From positions 1-64,000 of the forward strand of contig CANMWZ010000005.1 in assembly GCA_947501605.1 (NCBI GenBank): 64,000 bases of DNA, written 5' to 3'. The position numbers were made by a program, and so were the translations under genes. This DNA is from Planctomycetota bacterium (lineage in GTDB: Bacteria > Planctomycetota > UBA1135 > UBA2386). The notes beneath the pieces were generated by a model, which made no database searches, was not told where the DNA came from, and saw only the letters and a list, made by a program, of their open reading frames with translations. Of the stretch, positions 39,111 through 49,116 are shown piece by piece; position 1 is the stretch's first letter, and every line of letters begins with the position of its first letter.

Positions 39111-39281
39111 ACGCACGTGCGGCTGTTCTCGATCCGCACGGAAGGAGACGCCGATGCGCAGCAGGACCTCGACCGGTTCCTGCGCACGGCCAAGGTCCTC
39201 GCCGTCGAGAAGCGAGAAGGCTGCCTCGGTCCCTCGGGCTCGGTCTGGCCCCCCGGTGAGCTGACGAGTCCCAGTTCCTGA
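39111..39281 (+). pseudogene. truncated remnant resembling the N-terminus of DGR-associated HRDC-domain accessory proteins
   Basis: (ACG)HVRLFSIRTEGDADAQQDLDRFLRTAKVLAVEKR...W then stop at 39279-39281; ACG sits where an ATG would, downstream of GAGG; similarity recognised from memory, not searched. Confidence 0.55.
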
Positions 39282-39317
39282 GCCCGGCCGAAGAACCAGC
39301 CGCGCGCCCCGCGCCGC

Positions 39318-41396
39318 TCAGTGCCGCAGCGCCGCCTTCGGCACCTCGACGAACGCCTGCCCCGGCGCCGCCCAGCGCAGCTCGAGCTCCGCGCCGCCCG
39401 TGGCGTTGAACCACACGACCTCGATCGCATGCAGGCCAGCACCGAGGGCGATCGCGCCTCGCTTCTCGATGCTGCCGTGCAAGCCGTCGTTGTCGACGAC
39501 GAGCTGGCCACCGATCCACAGCTTGCTGCCGTCGTCCGACGACAGGGCGAAGCGATAGAGCTCGTCGTCCCCGACGTCGAGGAAGCCCTGGTAGCGCAGC
39601 GCCACGTGTTCGCCCGGGTTCTTCGGCAGCGCCACCGCGGCGGTCGTGCCCCAGGTGTCGACGACGAGGGCGTTGCGGTCGTCGGGGATCTTCGTCCACT
39701 CGACCATCGAGAGCTTCGCGAACCGCAGCCCCTGGTTGTTGGCAACGGGCTCGACCGGCGGCAGTGGTTCGACCTTGGTGAACTGCTGCTCCACGATCTC
39801 GGTCGCGCGCTCCCCACCGACGAAGCTCGCGGCGCGCAGCGTGCACGACGCGTCGATGCGAACGGGACCCGCCGCGCGCGTGCTCCCTTCCGTAGGCTCC
39901 GTTCCATCGATCGTCCACGTGGTGACCGCAGTCTTGCTCTCTGACGTGATCGACGCCGTGAGCGCGTGCACGAACTGCTGCGACTCGGCCTCGATCCGCG
40001 GCGCGCGCACGACGTCGAGCCGGCCTTGCACGACCACTTCGACGACGGTCGCGATCGGATCCGGATCGGTGAGCGTCACCTCGACGAACGGCGCCGTCGG
40101 CGAGAACGGCGACATGAGACCCGCTGGCGATTGAACCCCGCGGTCGCCGAGCACGCGCACCGACGTGATCGGGTTGGTGAGCCCCTTCAGCATCAGCGCG
40201 TGGTGGCCTTTCTCGGCGTCGAACAGGTGCAGGTAGATCGTAGACGTGTCCTCTGCAACACGCACGGTGCAGCGGCCCCACGGCGTCGCGTCGAACACGT
40301 TGGCCGTCGTGCCGTGGATCGACGCACCGTTGGTCGCCATCCACGCAGCGATCTGCTGCAGTCGTTCGATGGCCTCAGGAGGGAACGAACCGTCGGCGCG
40401 CGGGCCGACGTTCAGCAGGTAGTTGCCGCCCTTGCTCGCGATGTCGACGAGGTTCTTCACGAGGGTCGCGGTCGACTTCCACTCGGTGTCGGCGGCGTTG
40501 AACCCCCAATGGCGGTTCATGGTCATGCACGACTCCCAATCGACGCCTTCGACCCCGGTCGGCGGGATCTCCTGCTCGGGCGTCGCGAAGTCGCCCTTGC
40601 TCTCGCTACTCTGCGAGAACCCCTGCATGCCGGAGCGGTGCACGTCGACGCGGTTGTTGACCAGCATCGACGGGGCGAGTTCGCGGCAGAGCTCGAACAG
40701 GCGCACACCGCGCTCGTGGTTCCAGGTCGCTTCCCATTCGCCGTCGAACCACATCACCGCGGGACGGTACTTGGTGATCACCTCGCGCACCTGCGCATGC
40801 AGGTAGCGTTCGTAGCGATCGAAGTCGGCGCCCGCGGCGCTGCGGTCCTTCGCCTCCCATGGCCGCCGCGGCAGGTAGTCGTCATGGTGCCAATCCATGA
40901 TCGAGTGGTAGGTGCAGAACACGACGCCGTGCCGTTCGCACGCGTCGGCGAGTTCGGCACAGATGTCGCGGCCGTGCGCGGTGTTCATGACATCCCATTC
41001 GGTCTCCGCGCTGTCGAAGAGACAGAAGCCGTCGTGGTGCTTGCTCGTCAGCACGAGGTACTTCATGCCGGCCTCCTTCGCGGCGCGCGCCCACGCGTCG
41101 GCGTCGAACGCGGTGGGGTTCCACTGCGACTGGAACCGGTCGTAGGTGTCGATCGGGATCTGCGCGCTGTCGCGGATCCATTCGCCGTAGTCGGTCTTGC
41201 CGCCGTACGCGCCCTGCGGGATCGCGTAGAGACCCCAGTGGACGAACATGCCGAAGCGGGCCTCGCGCCACCACGCCATGCGGTCGTCGTGGGAGGCGGG
41301 GGCTGCGGTCGGGGACGGCGGTCGCGGCGTCGTGTTCGAGTCGTGGGTCGAACAGGCCGCGAGCGCGGCGAGCAAGCACGCGAGGGGAAGGCGCAT
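39318..41396 (-). CDS. alpha-L-fucosidase (GH29) lipoprotein with Fn3-like and PA14 domains
   Basis: Lipobox LAAC; WWREARFGMFVHWGLY, LTSKHHDGF, WFDGEW, KGGNYLLNVGP; PA14 LSSDDGSKL...DNDGLH. Confidence 0.95.
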   Translation of the reverse strand: MRLPLACLLAALAACSTHDSNTTPRPPSPTAAPASHDDRMAWWREARFGMFVHWGLYAIPQGAYGGKTDYGEWIRDSAQIPIDTYDRFQSQWNPTAFDADAWARAAKEAGMKYLVLTSKHHDGFCLFDSAETEWDVMNTAHGRDICAELADACERHGVVFCTYHSIMDWHHDDYLPRRPWEAKDRSAAGADFDRYERYLHAQVREVITKYRPAVMWFDGEWEATWNHERGVRLFELCRELAPSMLVNNRVDVHRSGMQGFSQSSESKGDFATPEQEIPPTGVEGVDWESCMTMNRHWGFNAADTEWKSTATLVKNLVDIASKGGNYLLNVGPRADGSFPPEAIERLQQIAAWMATNGASIHGTTANVFDATPWGRCTVRVAEDTSTIYLHLFDAEKGHHALMLKGLTNPITSVRVLGDRGVQSPAGLMSPFSPTAPFVEVTLTDPDPIATVVEVVVQGRLDVVRAPRIEAESQQFVHALTASITSESKTAVTTWTIDGTEPTEGSTRAAGPVRIDASCTLRAASFVGGERATEIVEQQFTKVEPLPPVEPVANNQGLRFAKLSMVEWTKIPDDRNALVVDTWGTTAAVALPKNPGEHVALRYQGFLDVGDDELYRFALSSDDGSKLWIGGQLVVDNDGLHGSIEKRGAIALGAGLHAIEVVWFNATGGAELELRWAAPGQAFVEVPKAALRH

Positions 41397-41572
41397 GCGG
41401 GCAAAGGGTAGCGCCGGCGGCTGCGGCAGGGCACTCTCGCGGGACGGGGCGAGCCGGGGAGCGAGCCGGCTGCCGCGTTACGACCCGGTGGGAATCCTGC
41501 CTCGTGATCCTCGTCCGAGCCCAGATCGCGGAGCCAGCCTCCGTCCACGACGTCTACGCCCGCCAACCCATC

Positions 41573-42076
41573 ATGCGAATCGTTCCCGTTGCTGCCGTCC
41601 TCATCCTCGCCACCGCCGCCGCCGTTCTCGCTAGCCACGCACCGCCCGCCGCGCGCTACGTGCCCGCCGAGATCCGCTTCGAAGGCAAGGTGATCCTGCG
41701 CGGCTCCACCAGCGACGACGGCCACCCCGACGTCGATGCCGTGTGGGACTACCAACGCGGGCAGTTGCGCTATGCAGCGACCGAGGACTTCGCGGCGCTC
41801 GGGATCGCGAACGACCAGATGGAGTGCACCCTGGAGTCGCCCGCGGCGAAGAAGGACGCGAACGGCCGAGCTGGCGCGCGCGAAGCCGAGATCGAGGTCG
41901 ACGTTCGCTACGGCGGCCAACTCAGCACGTTCGAGTTGCGCCTCGTCCGCGATCCCAACGCAGCGAACGGGGCCGAGTGGCGGATCCACGAAGACGACCT
42001 CGATCGCCTGTTCGGGAACCGCTTGATCCGCCGCGACGACGCGCGAAGGCTGCAGGATCCGGCGCGCAAGAAGTGA
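41573..42076 (+). CDS. hypothetical secreted protein
   Basis: Signal-like MRIVPVAAVLILATAAAVLA; typical codon usage. Confidence 0.65.
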   Translation: MRIVPVAAVLILATAAAVLASHAPPAARYVPAEIRFEGKVILRGSTSDDGHPDVDAVWDYQRGQLRYAATEDFAALGIANDQMECTLESPAAKKDANGRAGAREAEIEVDVRYGGQLSTFELRLVRDPNAANGAEWRIHEDDLDRLFGNRLIRRDDARRLQDPARKK

Positions 42077-42228
42077 AATCGGGGATCCGCTGCGGGCTCC
42101 GCCGACCCTGAAGAAGTTCGCGCCCGGTCGGCGATCGCGGTTCCCTCGGCGCGCCCCGTTATCTAGCGTGTGCGGTCCCGCGGGCGCGCCGACACGAGCC
42201 GAGCCGCGGTCCCTGCCCCTTCCTCTGC

Positions 42229-43719
42229 ATGACTACTCCGCACTCGCTGTTCGCCACGCCGCGCCAGGACTTCGTCGCCGGCATCGTCGTCTTCCTCGTC
42301 GCGTTGCCCCTGTGCCTCGGCATCGCGATCGCTTCGGGTGTGCCCCCGGTCTCCGGGCTCGTCGCCGGCATCGTCGGTGGACTCGTCGTGCCGCTCGTCT
42401 CGCGCGCGCCATTGTCGGTCTGTGGCCCGGCAGCGGGACTCACGTCCATCGTTCTCTTGGAAGTGTCGAAGCTCGGTGGGCTGCCGCTGTTCTTGACCGC
42501 GGTGATGCTCGCTGGCGCGATGCAGTTCGTGATGGGCGTCGTTCGCGCCGGTCGCCTGTCGTCGCTGGTGCCGTCGTCGGTCATCAAGGGCATGCTGGCC
42601 GCGATCGGCATCACCATCGTGACCAAGCAGTTGCCCGTGGCACTCGGCGTCGATGCACCGTTGCTCGAACTGCACACGAAGTCGCCGCACGCAGGCTCGC
42701 TCCTGCTCACGGCGATCTCGCTCGTCATTCTCTACACCTGGAAGAAGACGCCGTTCGGCAAGATCGCGTTCTTGTCGCCGGCGCTGATCGTCGTCGTGCT
42801 CGCGAGTGTGCTGGCCGCACTTCTCGACGGCAATGCGACCTTCGGTCTCGCGGCGAAGGCCTATGTCGACGTCCCGCTCGGCGGCCTCACGTCGCTCGCG
42901 GATTCCGTGCCGCGCCCCGACTTCGGTGGGTTCCTGCGCACCGACGTCTGGATCGCCGCCGCGACGATCGCGGTCGTCGCGAGCATCGAGACGCTGCTCA
43001 GTCTGCAGGCCGTGGATCGCCTCGATCCCCTGCGCCGCCACAGTCCGCCCGACCGCGAACTGCTGGCCCAGGGTCTCGGCAATGCCGCGTCCGGCTTCCT
43101 CGGGGGCCTGCCGATCACGTCGGTGATCGTGCGCAGCGGCGCCAACGTCGCAGCCGGTGGCCGCGGTCGGTTGTCCGCGATCGTGCACGGCGTGCTGCTG
43201 TTCGTCGCGGTCGTGTTCGCGGCGTCGCTGCTGAACCGCATCCCGCTCGCCGCCCTCGCGGCGGTGTTGATCCAGGTCGGGCTCAATCTGTGCAAGCCCG
43301 CACTGTTCACCAGTCAGATCAAGCTCGGCATCAACCAGCTCGTTCCCTTCGTGGTGACGATCGCGGCGGTGATGGCGACCGATCTGTTGAAGGGTGTGGT
43401 CATCGGCATCCTCGTCGGTATCGCCTTCGTGCTGCGGCAGAACGCGCAGGACGCGGTAGTGGTCAGCACCGACCCGGACGGCGCGCTGCGCTTCCGTTTC
43501 CGCCGCGATGCGACGTTCATCACCAAGCCGCAGTTGTTGTCGGCGCTGGACGACGTGGCGGACGGGTCGCGCGTCGTCATCGACGCCACCGGCGAATACG
43601 TCGACCAGGACGTCAAGGAAGCGCTCGCGTTGTTCATCGACGACGGCAAGCATCGCGGCGTCCATGTGGAACTCGTCGGGATCGACCTCGGCGGAGCGAG
43701 TGCCGGCGGGGGACACTGA
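42229..43719 (+). CDS. SulP/SLC26-family anion (bicarbonate/sulfate) transporter
   Basis: DFVAGIVVFLVALPLCLGIAIASG, GPAAGL, ETLLS, ELLAQGLGN, TSVIVRSGAN; short STAS-like tail. Confidence 0.93.
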   Translation: MTTPHSLFATPRQDFVAGIVVFLVALPLCLGIAIASGVPPVSGLVAGIVGGLVVPLVSRAPLSVCGPAAGLTSIVLLEVSKLGGLPLFLTAVMLAGAMQFVMGVVRAGRLSSLVPSSVIKGMLAAIGITIVTKQLPVALGVDAPLLELHTKSPHAGSLLLTAISLVILYTWKKTPFGKIAFLSPALIVVVLASVLAALLDGNATFGLAAKAYVDVPLGGLTSLADSVPRPDFGGFLRTDVWIAAATIAVVASIETLLSLQAVDRLDPLRRHSPPDRELLAQGLGNAASGFLGGLPITSVIVRSGANVAAGGRGRLSAIVHGVLLFVAVVFAASLLNRIPLAALAAVLIQVGLNLCKPALFTSQIKLGINQLVPFVVTIAAVMATDLLKGVVIGILVGIAFVLRQNAQDAVVVSTDPDGALRFRFRRDATFITKPQLLSALDDVADGSRVVIDATGEYVDQDVKEALALFIDDGKHRGVHVELVGIDLGGASAGGGH

Positions 43720-46628
43720 TGTCGACGACGCGCGGGCCGCACTCCGGCGACCCGGTCGAAGCGGCGCTGCATCGCGCCGCGGAAGTGCTGCCCGACCAGG
43801 GCCCGATCGGCGTGTTCGTGCACCACAACACGCTGCACGCGTTCCAGCGCGAGTCGTTCCATGACGGCGTGCAACGTGGCGCATCCTTGCTCTCGGCGCG
43901 GCCCTACCTCGAGCTCGATGCGTATCGGAAGGCGTTCGCGAGCGGGCGCATCGAGGCGCAGGATCTCGAGTTCGAGCTCCGTTGCGAACTCGGCGATCGC
44001 GCCGAATCCCCGGTGCTGCTGTCGATGTCGCGGCTCGAGGTGTGGACGGCGTTGATGCTCGCCGAGGTCGACGCCACGGATGCGGTCGGGTTGGACTTCG
44101 CGATCGCCGCCGGGACCAACGGGCCGTCCCGCGACCGAGCCCTGTGGAATGCGGCGGTTCGACGCTGCGAACGCGGGCCGATGCGGACACTGCCGTTGCC
44201 GGTGGCGCCGCCGCGCCACCGCGATGCGCTGCTCTTGCTCGGTGCCGCGGACCCCGACGAGGTGGTGCACGGCGAACTCGTGCGACTGTGCTCGGCGTAT
44301 CTCGACCAAGGTCAAGCGCAGGCGGTGCTGCCGTCGCGCGACCGCGGGTTCTTCGTGGCGGTGGGCGAACTGCATCGCAGCGGCGCGCCGGTCGCGTTCG
44401 CCTGTCGACCCGCGGATCGCGATCTCGCCGACTTCGTGGCCCGCGAATGCAGTGCGCGCGAGGTGGTGGACGTGTGCCTCTCAGCCCTCGGCGTCGAGGC
44501 CTCGATGGTCGAGGACTTCGTCGTCGCGACGCTGCTTTCGCTGCGCGGTTTCGCCGGCATGGTCTCGCGTTTCGCGCGCCATCCGGAGGACGACCGGGTG
44601 CACGTGCATGCGTCGCTGCTCGACTTCCTCGCCGTGAGGCTCTGCTACGAACGGCGCATCGTCGAACGACTCTGTGCCGAGCACGGTTTGCCTGTTGCGT
44701 TCGCGGCGTTGCGACGCCGCGCGCACGACCATGCGCTCGCCACCGCACCGCGCGACGCGCGTCTCGATGCGCTGCCGCTGTTCGCCGTCGCGCACAGGGC
44801 CGGTGTCGAGCCGGATCGTGTTGCCGATCTCCCCGAGGCCGAGTTGGCGGCGCTGTGGCAAGAATCGCAGGCGGCCTCCACGGTGACGCGGCAGCGCGTG
44901 TTCCACGAAGCCTACGAACGGCGCTATCGCCGCCAGATCCTCGATGCCCTCGCGCAGCTGCGCCCGCACGCGGTTCGCGGTCCTTCGCGGCCATCGGCGC
45001 AGTTCGTCTTCTGCATCGACGAGCGCGAAGAGAGCATCCGCCGCGCGCTCGAGGAGCAGTCGCCGGAGCTCGAGACCTTCGGGGCCGCCGGCTTCTTCGG
45101 CGTGGCCATGGACTACCAAGGGCTCTACGACCGCGAGCCGGCTCCGCACGCGCCGGTCGTGGTGATTCCCGCGCACGAGGTGCACGAGTCCCCGGTGTTC
45201 ACCGAGCGCGATTGGGACGCGCTGCGACGGCGGATGCGTTCGGCGGTCCACGCCGTCGAGCGAACGACGGGCAAAGGCTCGCGCGGCCTCCTGGGCGGTG
45301 CTGGCTCGTCGCTGCTGCTCGGGCCGCTCGCTGGCGCAGCGGCTGCCGTTCGGGTCCTCGCGCCGCGATGGTCGATGATGCTGCGCGACAGCATCGAACG
45401 CTGGCTCGCACCGGTGCCGACGACGCGCCTCGTGTCGCTGCGCGGCAACGCCATCGCCCTCGACGGGCCGCGGCAGAAGCCGATCGGCTTCTCGCTCGAC
45501 GAGGCGGCGGACCGTGTGGCCAACACGCTGAAGAACCTCGGCCTCGTGCGCGACTTCGCGCCCGTCGTGGTCGTGCTCGGGCACGGCTCGACGAGCCTCA
45601 ACAACCCACACGAGTCGGCGCACGACTGTGGTGCGTGCGGCGGCCGACGCGGTGGTGCCAACGCGCGGTTGTTCGCCGAGCTTGCCAATCGGCTCGCCGT
45701 GCGTCACGCCGTGGCCGAACGCGGAGTGGAGATCCCGGACGACTGCTGGTTCGTCGGCGCGCTGCACGACACCGCGGACGACTCGGTTCGCTACTACGAC
45801 CTGCAGGCGCTGCCGTCCCATGCCGCTGCGGCGTTCGACGTCGCAGCCGCCGCGCTCGAAGACGCGCGGGCGAGGAGCGCCCACGAACGTTGCCGACGGT
45901 TCGAGCACGCGGCAGCGACGCTGACTCCCGCGCAGGCCCTGCGGCACGTCGAGGAACGAGCTCGCCACCTGGCGCAGCCGCGGCCCGAGTACGGCCACTG
46001 CACCAACGCCATCGCGGTGGTGGGGCGGCGACGGCTCACGCGCGGTCTGTTCCTCGATCGACGCGCGTTCCTCGTCAGCTACGACCCGACGGTCGACCAG
46101 GACGACGTCGTGCTCGCGCGCATCCTCGCGGCGGTCGGGCCGGTCGGCGCCGGCATCAGCCTCGAGTACTACTTCTCCTCGGTCGACAACGAGGTCTTCG
46201 GTTGCGGCACGAAGCTGCCGCACAACGTCACCGGCTTGCTCGGCGTGATCAACGGCCACCAAGGCGACCTGCGCACGGGCCTGCCGCTGCAGATGGTCGA
46301 GATCCACGAACCGATGCGGTTGTTGATGATCGTCGAGGCGACCTGCGACGCGCTGTTGCGAGTCGCGGCTCGCAACCCAGAAGTGATGGAGTTGGTGGGC
46401 AATCGCTGGGTGCAACTCGTGTCCGTGCATCCCGAGACCGGCGCGATGCACTATTTCGACAAGGCGACTTCGCAGCGCCCGGCGGGCTTCGTGCCCTACG
46501 TGCCGTCGGACGCGCCGTTGCCTACGGTGCAGACGTCTGCCGAATGGTACGAAGGGCGCAGCGAACATCTCGCGCCGGCGATCGTCGCGAGCGCGCTGCG
46601 AACCGCAGGACCTGGAGGTGTCGCGTGA
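43719..46628 (+). CDS. dabA: inorganic carbon transporter subunit DabA (DUF2309/UPF0753)
   Basis: LP.QGPI.VFVHHNTL, FCIDEREESIRRALE, GHGS...NNPH, CGACGG, RPEYGH, DRRAFL.SYD, HEPMRL. Confidence 0.95.
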   Translation: MSTTRGPHSGDPVEAALHRAAEVLPDQGPIGVFVHHNTLHAFQRESFHDGVQRGASLLSARPYLELDAYRKAFASGRIEAQDLEFELRCELGDRAESPVLLSMSRLEVWTALMLAEVDATDAVGLDFAIAAGTNGPSRDRALWNAAVRRCERGPMRTLPLPVAPPRHRDALLLLGAADPDEVVHGELVRLCSAYLDQGQAQAVLPSRDRGFFVAVGELHRSGAPVAFACRPADRDLADFVARECSAREVVDVCLSALGVEASMVEDFVVATLLSLRGFAGMVSRFARHPEDDRVHVHASLLDFLAVRLCYERRIVERLCAEHGLPVAFAALRRRAHDHALATAPRDARLDALPLFAVAHRAGVEPDRVADLPEAELAALWQESQAASTVTRQRVFHEAYERRYRRQILDALAQLRPHAVRGPSRPSAQFVFCIDEREESIRRALEEQSPELETFGAAGFFGVAMDYQGLYDREPAPHAPVVVIPAHEVHESPVFTERDWDALRRRMRSAVHAVERTTGKGSRGLLGGAGSSLLLGPLAGAAAAVRVLAPRWSMMLRDSIERWLAPVPTTRLVSLRGNAIALDGPRQKPIGFSLDEAADRVANTLKNLGLVRDFAPVVVVLGHGSTSLNNPHESAHDCGACGGRRGGANARLFAELANRLAVRHAVAERGVEIPDDCWFVGALHDTADDSVRYYDLQALPSHAAAAFDVAAAALEDARARSAHERCRRFEHAAATLTPAQALRHVEERARHLAQPRPEYGHCTNAIAVVGRRRLTRGLFLDRRAFLVSYDPTVDQDDVVLARILAAVGPVGAGISLEYYFSSVDNEVFGCGTKLPHNVTGLLGVINGHQGDLRTGLPLQMVEIHEPMRLLMIVEATCDALLRVAARNPEVMELVGNRWVQLVSVHPETGAMHYFDKATSQRPAGFVPYVPSDAPLPTVQTSAEWYEGRSEHLAPAIVASALRTAGPGGVA

Positions 46629-47977
46629 GCGAGCTGCTGGACCTGGTTCCTGGCTGCCTCGTCGCCACGATCGCAGCACCCGGGGCCGCCGTCGTGTGCG
46701 TGGCGTTGATCGCCCTCGCGTCGCGCGAGCGAACGTCGGAACGCGTGGCCCTCGTCCTCGTCGGCATCGCGCTCGCCGTGTCGCTGGCCGCCAGCGCGAT
46801 CGTTGCACTCGCTGCCTCCGGACTCTTCGGACCTGGGGTCGAAGGCGAGGTCGACTTCGGCGCGTGGCTCTCCGTCGGTAGCTACGAGGTGCCGGCCGTG
46901 CTGCTGGTCGACACGCCGGCGGTGGTGTTCTCGCTGCTGGCGGCGGCGCTGACCGCGTTGGTCGCGCGCTTCTCCAAGACCTACCTGCATCGAGAACCTG
47001 GCTTCGTGCGGTTCTACGTGCTGCTCGGCATGTTCGCCGCCGGCACGCAGTTGGTGGCCTTCGCCGGCGCGCTCGACCTCATGTTCGCCGGGTGGGAACT
47101 GCTCGGCTGGTCGTCGGCACTGTTCATCGGCTTCTTCCACGAACGCGCCGAGCCGGCGCGCTCGTCGGTGCGCGCGTTCACGACGTATCGCATCTGCGAC
47201 ATCGGCTTCCTGCTGGCGATCGTGGCGACGCACGAGCTGATCGGCTCGACGCGAATCGCTGCGCTCCCTGCTGTGGCTCTGCTGCCGACCTCGGTCACGA
47301 CGGCGATCGCCGCGATGTTCTTGTTCTCCGCGCTCGGCAAGTCGGCGCAGCTGCCGTTCTCGGGCTGGCTTCCGCGCGCGATGGAAGGGCCGACGCCGTC
47401 GAGTGCGTTGTTCTACGGCGGCGTCTCGGTGCACGCCGGTCTGTATCTCCTGCTGCGCGTCTGGCCGATGCTCGAAGCGGCCCCGGCGGTCGAGTTCGTC
47501 GGCGTCGCCATCGGTCTCTCGACCGCGGTCTACGCGACGCTCGTAGCGCGCACCAACAGCGATGCGAAGGGCACCCTCGCGCACGCGACGTTGGCGCAAG
47601 TGGGGCTCATGCTCGCCGAGATCTGCGCCGGCTATCGCGAACTGGCGCTGCTGCACCTCACCGGGCACGCGTTGTTGCGCGTCTGGCAGTACTTGCGGGC
47701 ACCGAATGCGATCCACGATGCGCATCGCATCGGGCACGAGCACGTGGTCCCCTCGTTCTTGTCCTCGTCGCGGCCGCACCTCGCGAAGAGGCTCTACGCC
47801 GCGGCGCTGCATCGGTGGCGGCTCGACGAGCGGCTCGATCGCGCGATCGCGCCGGTGCTGGGGTTGGCGCGGTGGATCGACGTCACAGAACGGCGCCTCG
47901 CCGCGTTCGTGCGCGCCGGCGACGACTCGCGAACGAACGACCGCCGCGGGCAGGATCCGCGCGGAGGGGCCTCGTGA
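46625..47977 (+). CDS. dabB: DabB / NuoL-like proton-conducting membrane subunit
   Basis: YLHREPGF.RF, GWELLG, KSAQLPFSGWLPRAMEGPTPSSA, HAG; GTG overlaps the dabA stop. Confidence 0.88.
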   Translation: MSELLDLVPGCLVATIAAPGAAVVCVALIALASRERTSERVALVLVGIALAVSLAASAIVALAASGLFGPGVEGEVDFGAWLSVGSYEVPAVLLVDTPAVVFSLLAAALTALVARFSKTYLHREPGFVRFYVLLGMFAAGTQLVAFAGALDLMFAGWELLGWSSALFIGFFHERAEPARSSVRAFTTYRICDIGFLLAIVATHELIGSTRIAALPAVALLPTSVTTAIAAMFLFSALGKSAQLPFSGWLPRAMEGPTPSSALFYGGVSVHAGLYLLLRVWPMLEAAPAVEFVGVAIGLSTAVYATLVARTNSDAKGTLAHATLAQVGLMLAEICAGYRELALLHLTGHALLRVWQYLRAPNAIHDAHRIGHEHVVPSFLSSSRPHLAKRLYAAALHRWRLDERLDRAIAPVLGLARWIDVTERRLAAFVRAGDDSRTNDRRGQDPRGGAS

Positions 47978-49092
47978 TGTTGTTCGCGGCGATCGGAGAA
48001 GCTGACGTGGCACCGTGGATCGTGTTCGCGGTCTCGGTGTCGATGTTGTTCGCCTCGACGGTGGAACAGCACGCGCGCTACACGCTGCTGCCGATGGTCT
48101 TGGTGGCGGCGCTGCTCGCGGTCGGGGTGTCGGCCGCCGACGGGATGCTCGGCTATGCCACGCTCGGGCTGGTGGCATTCGTGCACGCCGCGACCGCGGT
48201 GCGGCACAGTCGCATCGGTGCGATCTCGCTGGTGTTGGCCGGGATCTCGACCGCGGTGGCGGCGATGGCAGTCGGCAGCGATCACGTCGTCCTCGCGTTC
48301 TGGGCGTCGCTGGTCGCGATCGCGCTTCGCGCCGGCGTGATGCCGCTGCACTTCGGCGTCGTGCACCTCGGCGACAAGGTCGCGGCGCTGCAGGCGCAGC
48401 AGTTCGCCTCGACGCTGGCGCTGGTGTTCTTGCACTTGCGGTTCGTCGACCATCACCCTACGGCCTACGAGTTGGCGCCGATCCTGGTTCGCATCGGCGC
48501 GGTGGCGACGCTGTTGCCAGCACTCGCGGCCTTGGTCCAACGCGATCTGCGCGGGCTCTACCGCTGCACCGTCGCCATGCACGGCGGCATGCTGCTGGCC
48601 GCAGTCGGCGCGGCGGGCCACGGCCACTACGCCGCGGCGTTGCTGGTCTCGGTGACGACCTGCCTCGGCGTCTGCGGGTTTGGTCTGATGGTCAGCGCGC
48701 TCGAGCAGCGCGCCGGGCGCGTGTCGCTCGAAGGACTCGGCGGGCGCTTCCGCGCCTTCCCGCGCCTCGGCGCTGCGTTCGCGTTCTTCGGCGCTTGCGG
48801 CGTCGGCATGCCAGGCACGGCCGGCTTCATCGCCGACGACCTGTTCTTGCACGCCCTGTGGGAAGAGAGCGTGCTCGGCACGGTGCTGGTCGTCCTCGGC
48901 AGCGCGCTGCTCGCGGTGGCGACGATCCGCGGCTACACGCGGGTCTTCCTCGGGCCGCCGTGCGCGTCGCCCGCGCCCGACTTGCTGCTCGGCGAACGGT
49001 TGGTCGCCGCCCTGCTGGCGATCTTGTTGGTCCTGCTCGGTGTCGTGCCCAACTTGATCCTCGGCCCGGCTGCGGCCCTGCTCGGTTCCTGA
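47977..49092 (+). CDS. short NuoM/MrpD-like membrane subunit
   Basis: LRAGVMPLH, ALVQRDLR, GMPGTAGFIADDL; ATG overlaps the dabB stop. Confidence 0.82.
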   Translation: MLFAAIGEADVAPWIVFAVSVSMLFASTVEQHARYTLLPMVLVAALLAVGVSAADGMLGYATLGLVAFVHAATAVRHSRIGAISLVLAGISTAVAAMAVGSDHVVLAFWASLVAIALRAGVMPLHFGVVHLGDKVAALQAQQFASTLALVFLHLRFVDHHPTAYELAPILVRIGAVATLLPALAALVQRDLRGLYRCTVAMHGGMLLAAVGAAGHGHYAAALLVSVTTCLGVCGFGLMVSALEQRAGRVSLEGLGGRFRAFPRLGAAFAFFGACGVGMPGTAGFIADDLFLHALWEESVLGTVLVVLGSALLAVATIRGYTRVFLGPPCASPAPDLLLGERLVAALLAILLVLLGVVPNLILGPAAALLGS

Positions 49093-49116
49093 TCGGTCCG
49101 CTAGGATCTGCCGGCG

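Noticed and set aside
39154..39264. Short ORF MRSRTSTGS... preceded by AAGGAG
   Set aside because: Low-complexity Ser/Arg/Pro translation; the overlapping frame (39111-39281) looks more protein-like.
46625..49092. Respiratory complex I (nuoL/nuoM) or Mrp antiporter operon
   Set aside because: No other nuo or mrp genes are present, and direct coupling to DUF2309 indicates a DAB-type system.
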